Shown piece by piece: positions 37,683 to 51,508 of a DNA stretch of 64,000 bases (position 1 is its first letter; each line of letters begins with the position of its first letter). Source of the DNA: the human T2T-CHM13v2.0 reference genome, Homo sapiens; NCBI RefSeq assembly GCF_009914755.1, contig NC_060940.1; one strand, written 5' to 3'. Both the position numbers and the translations under genes were made by a program. The notes beneath the pieces were generated by a model. That model had not been told where the DNA came from, did no database searches, and saw only the letters and a program-made list of their open reading frames with translations.

Positions 37683-38930
37683 GAAACTATGAAGTGACTG
37701 AAAGGTCTACCCTCCCTTAACGTGGACTTTGGGAAAATTCCCTGACCTCTTCTGGCCTTTGCTTTCTCATCCTGTCAATGGGAGCTTTGCACTTGCTGGT
37801 CATGGGGACCCACCCAGGTGCATCATTACCAGCTTCTGGAATGTTGCTCCTCCCACTGCTGGTGCGGGCTCCTGTAGCCACCGTGGAGGGTATAAGCATC
37901 AGAAATGGCAGCCCCTTGCTGCCTGTGATCTGTGTCTTTTGCCTTCCTGAGGTGGGAGGGTTCAGAAAGCCCAACCCATCCCCACCCTTCCAGGACATTC
38001 TTTCTTGGCCCTGCGCTGGCATGGCTGTCGGGATCGACAGTCCCTCACCCGAGGGCCTTGCATGAATCCAGACACACCTTGGCTCCATTGCCCGAGGCCT
38101 GGCAGTGGATCAAAGAGCTCTGGTTGGAACATTTGGCAGCAGGAGGGAGATCAGCAAAATGGTCCTGCACTGGGTGCAGCATAAGCACAGCCTCCCAGGT
38201 AGCTGCTGTCTGTGGCCTCTGCAGCTTCTCTCTCTGTCAGAGCCTGGCCTTCTCTGGACTCTTCTCCCGGGACACTAGCACCTCTCTTCCCACGCTTCTG
38301 TGTCCACCCTCCCCCCTATATCCCTAGATCCTGGTGATGTAGAATTGTGAATGGATCTCAGTACACCACAGGAGTGTGCAGTGTGACCTGTGCATAGTCC
38401 AACTTCTCTGCTTCCTTCCCTGAAGGAAAAATAACAGCCGCAACAGCTCCCGTTGTAACCAGCACCTGGGTGTCAGGCTCTGAGCTGTGTACTTCACGTG
38501 CATTGTCTCATCTCATCCTCACCGCAACCCTCTAAAGTAGATTCCATTATTATTCCCATGTTGCAGTCATTTAATAACTATGTGTTAGGCAACCATTTAA
38601 GCCCTTTATATCATGTGAGTTTTCATTTGCTCATTTGGTCCTCACAGCATCTCTGTGGGATAAGTACTAGTCTCACTTCCATTTTACAACCAGGAAAACG
38701 GAGGTACAAATAAGTGAGTGTGTAATGGATCTGAGATTCAGACCTAGATCATCTGCTTCCAGAGTCAAAGCCCTTAATCACTGTGCATACTGTCTCCAAA
38801 ATAAACAAAAGCAGATTCAGAGAGGTTAATCAACTTGCCCAAGATCACAAAGTCAAGATATGTTAGAAAGACTAGTAGGACCCAGGTCTGTCTGTCTAGA
38901 GCCTATTTATTTTCCCACAGTACTACTTGA

Positions 38931-38969
38931 TGTGTGTGTGTGTGGGTGTGTGTGTGTGTGTGTGTGTGT
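38931..38969. repeat. (TG)n microsatellite
   Basis: Direct observation. Confidence 0.95.
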
Positions 38970-40822
38970 AGTTCATCTCTTTCTTTATATATTTATTTTT
39001 TGAGATAGAAGTGACTTTAAAAACACATGTGCCTATCTACGATAATTTCATTAATCATAACTAAATAAAACAAACTGATAGGAACAATTCATGGTTGACT
39101 CTACAATATGTGGACTACTATAAGAACTGGAAATTAACTAATGTCCTTGATTGTCCTTAACAGATTTAATGAGGAAGGCTAATTACATGAAAATACTTTT
39201 ATTTCCAGTTTTAGAAACTCGTCAAAGCAAGGAGGGCTTCCATTCTGATGAATAGATTGAAGCTCAGAAAATGTAAGGACCAAGGACCTGAACTAAGACA
39301 AGTCCTCACTGAGTTTCGTCTAACCCAGAGGCTGTGTTCTATAGGTTAGCTGATCCTGCCTATTGCGCGGATCCTGAAATATGAGACAAAGCTTCGAGCT
39401 AGGGTACAGAGGTGTCCGGGAGCAGGTAGCCCAGGCAGAAGAAAGAACAAATGATGACAGGTGGTATCACCTCTCAGCTGGCCCCAAATCCCTGTCTGGT
39501 AAGGTCTGGAAGCTTTCACAGTGCTGCATTCTTCACTGAGGCTCACAGGGCTTAATGTAATTGCAAAATATCCTAAAAAACAACATTTTATCATTTTCCT
39601 CCAGAGCTTCTCGCCTTGTAAATAGCGTGTTGGCACATGTCGAAGCCCAGCCACACAGCTCTGTCTCCGGCTTCTGCAAAGTGGCGTGAGGCCTGCTGTT
39701 GGTGTGCAGGGGAGTGCAGGCCAACCACGCCCCAGGAATGGGAAACCTCCTTTCGCTCCCAGGAGAGGCTGTGGCAGAGCCAGAGCTAGACTGTGCCTTT
39801 ACAAGGCATTTGCTTCTTATGAACCTGCTCCAAAATCACTGATGAGCTCACAGAAGAGAAGCCATAAATCAGCAGGCTGGGGCTGGGTCCTTTGCTCACA
39901 GCAGGCAGAGGATGCAGTGTGGACCTCCCTCCAAAGGCCCTTTCACCACCAACTTATCCTGCCTTCCCACCTTCCCGCTGGTCCTGCAGCAGCCCAGCTC
40001 CCCAGCTCCTGGAGGCCTGGCGGCTGTCTGCCATTCACACGGTTGAGCTGCCCCAGACCTGCCCGTGTGGGTCCCACCTTGCCACTCCCACTTGTCTGCT
40101 CCCAGGACAGCAATTGTGCAAGAAGCCCCACACGTGAGCGGGCATCAGGGCGACAGCCAAAGAGCCTCTCTGTGGTGATGCTGGGGCGGAGAGGCTACCT
40201 GGCAGCCACTGGAGCGCAGTGACATGGGCATGAAACCTGAGCACCTAACTCATCAGATGACAGAAAGCCTCGGGTGAGAAGAGACCTCCGTGGGATGCAG
40301 TGATGCCACATTAGAGGCCTGCTAGGTACCCAGAAGAGTCACTTTATGTGGATATAGACCCTGAGCACGACTGCACCCACTTGGTCAGCTGTCCAGGCCA
40401 TGGTCCCTCTGAGGCAAGTCTCAACTTTTCTCCACGTGCCAAAAGAAAACCGTATCTGACAGCTGAAGAAATGGAAAGTGGTGTAGCTTTGACTGAAGCT
40501 TTCCTGGGGAAACGGAAGAGGGGGTTACATCAAACCCCACAGGGTTTCTGGAAGTCTCTTGTAAACATCCTTGACCCCACTCCTCCTACAGCTGCTGCTT
40601 CCTCCCTTTGGTGTACCCCAACCACCTCGTCTGCAGTCTCTCCTTTCACCTGGTTCTGTGTCCCTCTCAGCTGCCCCTCAAAAACCCTTCAACTTCCACA
40701 TCTCACTCTGCAAAGCGAGAGGGGTGACGCTTGGCAACATAGAAGTCTAGTTAGCAAACTACAGATCAAAAGCAAGTCTGGGAAGCCTTATGCCACCCAT
40801 TAATATAACCTTTGTTTTTTAA

Positions 40823-41116
<294 letters not shown>

Positions 41117-41554
41117 TGATCCTCTTCTCTTTCTCTCTCTAAAATATATTATATAGAAGGTAAAGCCCCAAAGACCATTTCTATTTTATTTTCTCCACGT
41201 CTAGAAACATCCCTTTCCATGTTTGGTGTCGTTTGGTCTGAATCCAGGATGGCACCGTGTTTATGAGCACAGACTTGGAAGCCAGCCTGGCTCTCAGCTC
41301 CAACTCTGTAACAACTAGCTGAGTAACCTGGAAGAAGTTGCTTAACTTTGCTCTGTCTCAGTCAAATAAAAAAGGGGATAGTAAATCAACTGTATGTGCA
41401 ATCATCAAATGTTGATACATTTAAAGTGTCTGGAGCAGAGCCTGGAAAAAAATAAATGCTTAATATTTATTAACTGTTATTATGATCCATGAAAAATAAA
41501 TAGAATGGCTATTTGGTGTGTTTTTAAGTTTCATCTAAATTATTTCATGGCATT

Positions 41555-41574
41555 ACACCTACACACCTACACAC

Positions 41575-41608
<34 letters not shown>
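41555..41608. repeat. (CCTACACA)n grading into (CA)n
   Basis: Direct observation. Confidence 0.9.
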
Positions 41609-41610
<2 letters not shown>

Positions 41611-41848
41611 TGCGACTTGCTCTTCTCACGCATTTACATTATGTTCAGGTCTCTCTATTTGGATGCATGTAATGCATTCATTTTTCTTGCCATAGAGTGG
41701 AATATTATTGTTGTTTTAATTTACATTTCCCTGATTACTTATTCTAAAATTTACTTGGAAAAGTAAAGAGCCCAAGCAATTTTAAAGAGGAGAAAGAAAG
41801 AAAGGAGACTTGCTCTATTATAATGATACTAAGACTTATACATTTAAG

Positions 41849-42053
41849 CAGTGCTGTCCAACAGAGCTTTCTACAATCATGGAGATGGTCTCTAGCTATG
41901 CTACTCTAATATGGTAGCCTTGGGTCACATGTGGCTACTGAGCACTTGAAATATAGCTAGACTGACTGAGGGAGTTAATTTTTACTTTAATTGAACTTAA
42001 ATAGCTACATGTCATTGTGACCCATGTGGTGACCCATCACCAGACAGCACAGG
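41849..42053. mobile_element. MER3-like hAT fossil
   Basis: cagtgctgtccaacagagctttct...cacatgtggctactgagcacttgaaat...gacagcaca. Confidence 0.7.
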
Positions 42054-43936
42054 TTTAGAGTATCAAAACATTGTGATGAAGTCGCAGAGACCAGCAGTAG
42101 ACCACAGAAACAGCAGCGAGTCTAGAGACAGACCTCAGTGTTTGGTGTTAAGTCCTAGAAGGCATTGTAAGACAACAAGGAAAATGGTGGGAATATTTTT
42201 ATCCAATGTTTGGGTTTTCTATTCTTTGAATTTCATTTGTCATTGAACTACTCCCTCTTCCTCCTCCCATTGTTTAGTGTGTCTTTTATTTATTAATATG
42301 TCAGAACGACTTGTATATTTGGATATAATATAAAAATTATATTTATCTTAGTTTGTGGATTTTTGTTTTATTTCTTCTAAAAAGAAAAGGGATACATGTG
42401 CAGAACATGCAGGTTTGTTACATAGTTATCCATGTGCCATGGTGGTTTGCTGCACCTATTGACCTGTCCTCTAAGTTCCCTCCCCTCATCCCCTACCTCC
42501 CAACAAGCTCCGGTGTGTGTTGTATCCCTGTCTGTTTCCATGTTCTCATTGTTCAACTCCCACTTATGAATGAGAACATGTGGTATTTGGTTTTCTTTCC
42601 ATATGTTAGTTTGCTAAGGATGATGGTTTTCAGTTTCACCCACGTCCCTGCAAAGAACATGATCTCATTCCATTTTATGGCTGCATAGTATTCCATGGTG
42701 TATATGTACCACATTTTCTTTATCTAGTCTATCATTGATAGGCACTTGGGTTGGTTCCATGTCTTTGCTGTTGTAAATAGTGCTGCAATAATCATATGTG
42801 TACATGTGTCTTTATAGTAGTTGATTTATATTCCTTTGGTTTTGGGTCAAATGGTATTTCTGCTTCTATATCCTTGAGAAATCACCTTACTGTCTTCCAC
42901 AATGGTTAAACTAATTTTCATTTCCACCAACAGTGTAAAAGCATTCCTCTTTCTCCACAGCCTCACCAGCATCTATTGTTTCCTGACTTTTTAATAATTA
43001 CCATTCTGACTGGCTTGAGATGGTATCTCATTGTAGTTTTGATTTGCATTTCTCCTATGATGAGTGATGTTGAGTTTTTTTTCACATGTTTGTTGGCCAC
43101 ATAAATGTCTTCTTTGGAGAAGTGTCTGTTCATATCCTTTACCCACTTTTTGATGGGGTTGTTATTTTCTTGGAAATAATGTTGAAGTTACTTGTAAATT
43201 CTGGGTGTTAGACCTTTCTCAGATGGGTAGATGGCAAAAATTTTCTCCCATTTTGTAGGTTGCCTGTTTCACTCTGATGACAGTTTCTTTTGCTGTGCAG
43301 AAGGTTTTTAGTTTAATTAGATCCCATTTGTCATTTTTTTGCTTTTTTTTTTTTTGCAATTGCTTTTGGCATTTTTGTCATGAAGTCTTTGCCCATGCCT
43401 ATGTCCTGAATGGTATTGCCTAGGTTTGTTCTAGCATTTTTATGGTTTTGGGTTTTACATTTAAGTCTTTAATTCATCTTAATTTTTATGCAAGGCATAA
43501 GGAAGGGGTCCAGTTTCAGTTTTCTGCATATGGCTAGCCAGTTTTCCAGCACCATTTACTTAATAAGAGATCCTTTCCCCATTGCTTATTTTTGTCAGGT
43601 TTGTGAAAGATCAGATGGTTGTAGATGTGTGTTGCTATTTCTGAGGTCTCTGTTCTGCTCCATTGGTCTATATGTCTGTTTTGGTACCAGTGCCATGCTG
43701 TTTTGGTTACTGTAGCCTTGTGGTATAGTTAGAAGTCAGGTAGCAAGATGCCTCCAGCTTTGTCGTTTTTGCTTAGGATTCTCTTGGCTATACGGGGTCT
43801 TCTTTGATTCCATATGAAATTTAAAATAGTTTATTCTAATTCTGTGAAGAATGTCAATGGTAGTTTGATAGAAACAGCATTGAATCTTTACTTTGGGCAG
43901 TATGGCCATTTTCACAACACTGATTCTATCTATACA

Positions 43937-44746
43937 TTAGGATGGAATGTTTCTCCATTTGTTTGTGTCCTCTCTTATTTCCTTGGGTGGTGGTTTGTAG
44001 TTCTCCTTGAAGAGGTTTTTCACATTCATTCTTAGCTGTATTCCTAGGTATTTTATTCTCTTTGTAGCAATTGTGAATGGGAGCTCATTCATGATTTGGC
44101 TCTCTGCTTGCCTATTGTTGGTGTAAAGGAATGCTTGTGATTTTTGCACACTGATTTTGTATCCTGAGACTTTGCTGAAGTTGCTTATCAGTCCAAGAAG
44201 TTTTTGGGCTGAGATGATGGGGTTTTCTAAACATAAAATCATGTCATCTGCAAACAGAGACAACTTAACTTCCTCTCTTCCTATTTGAATACGCTTTATT
44301 TCTTTCTCTTGCCTCATTGTACTGGCCAGAACCCCCAATACTATGTTGAATAGGAGTAATGAGAGAGGGGATCCTTGCCTTGTACTGGTTTTCAAAGGGA
44401 ATGCTTCCAGCTTTTGCCCATTCAATATGATATTGGCTATGTGTTTGTCATAAATAGCTTTTATTATTTTGAGATATGTTCCATCAATACCTAGTTTATC
44501 AAGAGTTTTTAACATGAAGGGATGTTGAATTTTATCAAAGGCCCTTTCTGCATGTATTGAGATAATCATGTGGTTTTTGTCTTTGGTTCTGTTTATGTGC
44601 TGGATTACGTTTATTGATTTGCGTATGTTGAACGAGCCTTGCATCCCAGGGATGAAGTTGACTTGATCATGGTGAATGAGCTTTTTGATGTGCTGCTGGA
44701 TTTGGTTTGCCAGTATTTTATAGAGGATTTTCACATTGTTATTCAT
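43937..44746 (-). pseudogene. L1 ORF2 reverse-transcriptase fragment
   Basis: 269 aa including [35 protein letters not shown] (catalytic FADD) and IKYLGI. Confidence 0.93.
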
Positions 44747-45648
44747 CAGGGATATTGGCCTAAAGTTTTCTTTTTCTGTTGTGTCTCCTCCTGGTTTTGG
44801 TATCAGGATGAGGCTGGCTTCATAAAATCAGTTAGGGAGGATTCCCTCCTTTTCAATTATTTGGAATAGTTTCAGAAGGAATGGTATCAGCTTCTCTTTG
44901 TATTTCTGGTAGAATTCAGTTGTGAATCCATCTGGTCCCGGGCTTTTTTTTGGTTGGTAGGCTATTAATTACTACTTCAATTTCAGAGCTTTTTATTGGT
45001 CTATTCAGGGATTTGACTTCTTCCTGGTTTAGTCTTGGTACAGTGTATGCATCCAGGTATTTATCCATTTCTTCTAGATTCTCTAGTTTATTTGTATAGT
45101 GGTGTTTACAGTATTCTCTGATGGTAGTTTGCATTTCTGTGGGGTTAGTGGTAATATACCCTTTATCACTTTTTATTGCGTCTGTTTGATTCTTCTCTCT
45201 TCTTTATTAGTCCTGCTAACATTCTGACTATTTTATTAGTTTTTCCAAAAAACCAGTTCCTGGATTCATTGATTTTTTTGGAGGGTTTTCCATGTCTTTG
45301 TCTCCTTCAATTCTTCTCTGATCTTAGTTATTTCTTGTCTTCTGCTAGGTTTTGGATTAGTTTGCTCTCAGCTCTCTAGCTCTTTTAATTGTGATGTTAG
45401 AGTGTCTATTTGAGATCTTTCTAGCTTTCTGATGTGGGCAGTTAGTGCTATAAATTTCCCTCTTGACACTGCTTTAGCCATCTACCAGAGACTCTGTCCC
45501 AGAAATGCTGTCTCTTTGTTTTCATTGATTTCAAAGAACTTCTTGATTTCTGCCTTAATTTCACTATTTAACTAGGAGTCATTCAGGAGCAGGTGGCTCA
45601 ATTTCCATGACATTGTGCGCTTTTGAGTGAGTTTCTTAATCCCGAGTT

Positions 45649-45927
45649 CTAATTTGATTGCACTGTGGTCTGAGAGACTGTTTTTATTTTTTCCGTTCTT
45701 TTGCATCTGCTGAGGACTGTTTCACTTCTAATTATGTGGCCTATTTTAGAATAAGTGCCATGTGGCACTGAGAATAATGTATATTCTGTTGATTTGGGGT
45801 AGAGAGTTCTGTAGACATCTACTAGGTCCACTTGATCCAGAGCTGAGTTAAAATACTGGATAGCCTTGTTAATTTTCTGTGTCATTAATCTGTCTAATAC
45901 TGACAGTGAGATGTTAAAGTCTCTCAC
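45649..45927 (-). pseudogene. L1 ORF2 endonuclease fragment
   Basis: DFNISLSVLDR...DVYRTLYPKSTEYTLFSVPHGTYSKIGH resembles L1 endonuclease motifs, with degraded catalytic residues. Confidence 0.85.
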
Positions 45928-47123
45928 TATTATTGTGTGAGAGCCTAAGTCTCTTTGTAGGTCTCTAAGAACTTATTTTATGAATCTGGGTGCTCCTGTA
46001 TTGGGTGCATGTATGTTTAGAATAGTTAGCGCTTCTTGTTGAATTGTTCCCTTTACCATTATATAATGACCTTCTTTGTCTTTTCTGATCTTTGTTGGTT
46101 TAAAGTCTATTTTGTCAGAGACTAGGATTGCAACCTATGCCTTTCTTTTTTTTTTTTTTTTTTTTTTTTGCTTTCCATGTTTTCCTCCATCCCTTTATTT
46201 TATTTTGAGCCTGTGTGTGTCTTTGCATGTAAAATGGGTCTCCTGAATACAGCACACCAATAGGTCTTGACTCTTTATTCAATTTGCTAGTCTGTGTCTT
46301 TTAATTGGGGCATTTAACTCATTTACATTTAAGGTTAGTATTATTATGTGTGAATTTGATCCTGTCATCATGATGCTATTGGTTATTCTGCACACTAATT
46401 GATGCAGTTTCTTCACAGTGTCATTGGTCTTTAAATTTTGGTGTGTTTTTGCAGTGGCCGGTACCAGTTTTCTCTTTCCAAATTTAGTGATTCTTTCAGG
46501 AGTTCTTGAAGGGCAGGCCTGGTGGTAATGAAATCCCTCAGCATTTGCTTGTTTGGAAAGGATTTGATTTCCCCTTTGCCTATGAAGCTTAGTTTGGCTG
46601 GGTATGAAATTCTGGGTTGAAAATTCTTTTATTTAACAATGTTGAATATTGGACCCCAGTCGCTTCTGGCTCCTAGAGTTTCTGCTGAGAGGTCTTCTCT
46701 TAGTCTGATGGTCTTCCCTTTGTAGGTAACCTGGCCTTTCTCTCTGGCTGCCCTTAACAGTTTTTCCTTAATTTTGACCTTGGGGAATCTGATGATGTGT
46801 GTCTTGGGGTGGATTTCCTAGTGGAGTATCTTAATCTTGTTCTGTGTATTTCTTGAATTTGCATGTTGACCTGTCTTGCTAGATTATGGAAGTTCTCCTG
46901 GATAATATCTTGAAGAGTGTTTTCCAGCTTGTTTCCATTCTCCTCATCTCCTGCTGGTACTCCAGCTAATCGTAGGTTCAGTCTTTTAATGAAGTCACAT
47001 ATTTCTCAGAGGCTTTCTTCATTCCTTTTCATTCATTTTGCTTTATGCTTGTCTGTATGTCTTATTTCAATAAGGTGGTCTTCAAACTCTGATACCCTTT
47101 CTTCCGCGTGGTCAATTCAGCTG

Positions 47124-47345
47124 TTGATACTGATTTGGCTCTGATGAGTGGAGGAACACCAGGGTTCTTGGTCCTCATGCTGGTTTAGATAAAACAACAC
47201 AGATACACATGGAGTGGTTTTAAAGAGTGGAGAGTTTAATAGACCAGAAGGAAGGGAGAAGGCAGAAGGAAGAAGCTCCCCCATACAGAGACAGAGGGGG
47301 GCCCTAAAGCTGAAAGAGGAGGTCCCCAAGTGCAGTGTACACCAG
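47124..47345 (-). mobile_element. Truncated ERV1 LTR (MER61-like 3' part) inside the L1
   Basis: The minus strand ends ...ctattaaactctccactctttaaaaccactcc...ccaagaaccctggtgttcctccactcatcagagcc...tatca, matching my recollection of MER61-type LTR ends. Confidence 0.65.
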
Positions 47346-47779
47346 CCTCCCCATCTCTGAGTTCGGTATGCTTAACCCAATTTCAGCTGAGAGGCTGTAA
47401 GAATCTGCGCCTTCCAGGGTTAGGACACTACGCCCTGGTGGCGTGGGTTCGTGCGTGGGATTTCTAGATCTGTGGATTGCACGGTTCTGTGAAAAAAGCA
47501 GCTTCCCCATCTGGGTCGCACTCTCCCTCACCGCTTCCTTTGGCTGTGGCGAGAGGGCTCCCCCTGCCCCGAGTGACTCACACGTGGGCTGCCACACCAC
47601 ACTGTTCTTCCTTCTGTCCATGGGTCACACTAACCTACTAGTCAATTTTGATGAGAGAACCTGGATACCTTGGTTGCTGGTGAAGGATTCACATGCTTAT
47701 TGTGGTTTTTTGATGGGAGCCTCTGAGTGCCGCTGCTTCTAGTTGGCCATCTTGGCCTCACCCCAGTTTGTGGATTTTT

Positions 47780-49140
47780 AATTAACATTTTGTTTAGTCT
47801 CACATTTTAAAAATTGCATTTAAGGATTTTACTTGTTACACTTTATTTAAGAAATCTTTTCTCATGCCAAACCATAAGTTAGACTTCAATTTTTTAAAAA
47901 AAGTTAAAGTTTGCATTTCATATGGAGATATTTAATCCAACTGAAATTCATTATTGAATATTGAGTGAAGCAGAGATCAAAATTAATCCCTCTCCCTATT
48001 TGGAGAGTCTCTGTCTGAATGCTTTCTACTGAATCATTTGACATTTTCACTTGATGTAAAATTCCTCTTCAGCATTTTAGTTTTCCAAATAAATTTTAGA
48101 AAAAAAATGTGTCTACTCCTTTCACAAACACTTTAGTTTTGTTCAAATTTTATTATGTTTATAGAATAATTTGAAGGAATTACTATCCCAAAGGTACAAT
48201 GTCTTTTGACCATGGGCATGATATATCACTGCATTGATTTAGATCTTGTTTTATGTCCTTCAATAATGTTTTATCTACTTTGACACATATCTATCATATT
48301 TTTATATTATTTTATTATTCCCAGTAGCCTAAATTTTATTTTATTGCATGGAATTTTGCTATTAAGAATATAATATCTTAAATTTACACATTCTGATTGC
48401 TACTTATTTGTATACAGAAGCATTCTCCATTTTTTAAGTTACAGACTGTAACGTGTTTGAACTCTTAATAATTGTATTATACTAAGTAGCCTATTGTCTC
48501 TTGGATTTTTACTTGTCAACAACCATTCATCTGCAAAAAATTACAGATTTTTATCTTTGTTTCCCTGTGTTGTATCTTTCATTTCTTTTTCTTGTCCTAC
48601 AGAGTTGGTTAGTACCTCCAGGAAAATGTCAGCCAGAAAGTGTAATAGTAACCTTATTGCAATCCTGATTTTAATGCAACAATAATATAGTTAAACTGTC
48701 AAGAACAGACGGTTGCTCTAGGTTTTGGATAGGTACTCATTGTTAGCTTAGGAAAATTATTCTATCCTTAGATTATAAGAATTGTTCATTCATTGTTTCT
48801 TTTTCTTGTTTTAAATTTACTGATTTTTTAAAATAAATCATGATTTGTGGTTTTGTTTTCTTTTCCCATTTCAATCAAGATGATTATAAGTAATCTCCTT
48901 TAATTTGATAATATAATTAATAGTATTGATTGATATTTTTACCTTCATTATTAAACTAATTTTACTTTCCAATGGTAAATTCTGTTTGACTAGGATATGT
49001 TGTTGTTGTTGCTGCTGTTACTATTATTTTTTATTGGGGTAACACATTAATAGGCTTGATTTGCTAGGTGTTATTCTGGATTGTTTTGTGTTTTTATTCA
49101 TAGGTAAGATTAAACTATAAATTTTACTTGACTAGCTTGA
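47780..49140 (-). mobile_element. Ancient L1M fragment into which the L1PA inserted (continues at ~42200-42350)
   Basis: Degenerate T-rich antisense ORF2-like sequence (gaaatcttttctcatgcc..., accattcatctgcaaaaaattacag). Confidence 0.55.
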
Positions 49141-49154
49141 CATATATACCAGTG

Positions 49155-49156
49155 TA

Positions 49157-49189
<33 letters not shown>

Positions 49190-49260
49190 GTATATATATA
49201 TATATATATACACATATATACACACACATACATATATAGAGAGAGAGAGAGACAGAGAGA
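49155..49260. repeat. Compound (TG)n(TA)n(CA)n(GA)n microsatellite
   Basis: Direct observation. Confidence 0.95.
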
Positions 49261-50209
49261 CTTAGATACCCTTTGTATATAAAATCTGTTATATACAGAT
49301 ATATATAATCTGATAAAATAGGATATAGCTATATTCTGACTGAATCAGAATATATATGTTATATATACTCAGAGTATAAATATATGTTATATATATGCAA
49401 TCAGAATATATATGACAAAATTATATATATTCAATATATATATTCAAAAATTAAAAAATAAATATATATATATCCAGTTCTTAATGTTACAAGTCCCCTT
49501 GAAATCTTCAGTTTTGTATTGGAAGTTTTGGAAATTTTTCCTATTAGAAAATGTTCAAACTTGTTTTCTTTCCTAATGATTTGTCTATTTAATCTACTTT
49601 TTAAAATGTATTATTATTAAAATGGTTCTTTTACTCTCTCACAATTTCCAAATTTGTAATATATCTTCAGTTATATTCCCTTTACTGTTTCAAATATTAT
49701 TTACTTCTATTTTGTCTCTCTCTGTTTTTCTTTCTCTCTCTAATCAGCCATGCCAGATCTATGTCTATTTTCCCTCTAGCACAATAGTGGCTACATGGTA
49801 AATGCCTAAAAGATATTTTCTGATGAACTGTCATTCTGAAAGGAAGAACACAGGGCTTGGCGTGTAAGATTACCTGCCTGCAATCTGGTGGCAGAAATGT
49901 AGCAGAACTTTGAAGCTCTGCCTGTAATTATCACCCTATACTAAGTCCCAAATGGATTAAGCAAGGCACCCTGTGATCCCCCAGTCAAGTAGGAGATATT
50001 ATATATGTACATAGGACACACAGTGAAGCAAGTCCTCCCATGGCCAATCAAAGGAGAAAAAAAGGTGACTCCTGGCTGGATGAAGTCTTCTTGGTGCAGA
50101 TGACTTTTAACTGAGAGTTGGAGGTAAGGAATCCTATTATTTGGCCCATTGCAGCTGTTGGTGCTATGTGCTGTGCAGAAGTCCTCTAGGGCTCAGGGAC
50201 ACTGTAGCC

Positions 50210-50215
<6 letters not shown>

Positions 50216-50260
<45 letters not shown>
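50216..50260. repeat. (CA)n microsatellite
   Basis: Direct observation. Confidence 0.95.
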
Positions 50261-50264
<4 letters not shown>

Positions 50265-51470
50265 CCGCGCTGGTAACACCAAAATCAACCATGCATGCAA
50301 TCCTGATTCCAAAAATATGCAATATTCAGACAAGAGTTTAGGTAGTAATTCTAGTGGCACTTTAAGGAGGCTTTATGAGATGAGTTTGGAAGCAAAAAGC
50401 ACAGTTGCTCTTTAGCAAGGAAAACATAAAGCAATATTGCTGCAGATTGAGCAACAAGAGGCTTAGTAATTCACAAACTTGTTCCACGTGAAATGTTGAT
50501 CTGCAGGCTAAATGCTCTAATTTATATTGTGATATATTGTGTTTTCTAATGTGTTCTTCATGTGTGTGTGTGTATGTGTGTGTGTGTGTCGTATGGATAT
50601 TTATTTATTTATTGCATGTTTCCATGATGTTGTACTTACTGTTCTTTCTGATAGAGCTACCTGTGCCCCTGCATTGCTTAGTGAATTACTAGTAATTGTC
50701 CGTAAGTTTTCTGAACCCTCAACTCTTCCAAGAATCTCTCTCTGACATCCCAGTCCGTAATGTGAGTGAGGGGTCTCTTCTTAGTGTTGCCCACAACTCT
50801 TGGAGCCTATCTCAGTGTACTGTATTTAGTGGCATGCTTGTGGGTGTGTTTTCTCCAGCAGGCAGGAACTCCTTAATGGGAAGAAGGGCTGCACCTGTCA
50901 TTTCTCTCTCTCCTGTGCATCTGGAACATAGTGAGCCTTTGGCAACATGCTTTGAATGCCCTAAGCAAGGGACTGACCCCACTAGCTGATGGCAAGTGGC
51001 TGGTTCTGTTACTGCAGTTTCTAACCTGTGTAGGGTCCAGTTCCTTAGCCACACCTGAATTATTTGTAAGGCAATGGGAATTAATTTGTCATAGCTGTAG
51101 AGTGTCTCCCTTTGCAAAATACGGACTGCAGCAGATGCTGAGGACTATCTTAGTAGGGGTGACATCTTTTCTTTTTGAACTTGGTTTTAGGTTAAGGAGA
51201 GTTACAGGCAATTGGCCTTCTTCAGAGGCAGCTGCATGACAGAGGGTTTGGGAGAGTCCCAGCCAAAGAGGAAACTCAAGGCACCAGCCCTTTACATAAG
51301 CCCTGCTGGATGACAACACTGTCCTCCTTTCATCCCACCCAAGGGCTAGGTACATCTTGTCTCTTCAGTCTAGAATGCTCCCCGTCTCTCATTCCACAGT
51401 CATACATGCATGCACAGAACACACACTCATGAACACATGCAGACGCAGTCACAGAAACAGTCCATGCATG

Positions 51471-51476
<6 letters not shown>

Positions 51477-51507
<31 letters not shown>

Positions 51508-51508
51508 A
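51477..51508. repeat. (CA)n microsatellite
   Basis: Direct observation. Confidence 0.9.

Larger units (their letters stand above)
42365..47764 (-). mobile_element. Originally full-length primate L1PA (older subfamily), degenerate, with an internal deletion
   Basis: 15-bp TSD AGTTTGTGGATTTTT at 42350-42364 and 47765-47779 followed by AA (canonical TTTT/AA); L1 5' end (minus strand ggggtgaggccaagatggccaactag); ORF2 fragments; L1PA-type 3' end. Confidence 0.92.

Noticed and set aside
39686-40803. 178-aa and 151-aa ORFs in moderately GC-rich unique sequence
   Set aside because: Both start at GTG rather than ATG, with no recognisable protein similarity or supported splice structure.
43937-44746. 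Active or novel reverse transcriptase
   Set aside because: It is a fragment of a frameshifted, stop-interrupted L1 ORF2; it cannot have mobilised the SVA.
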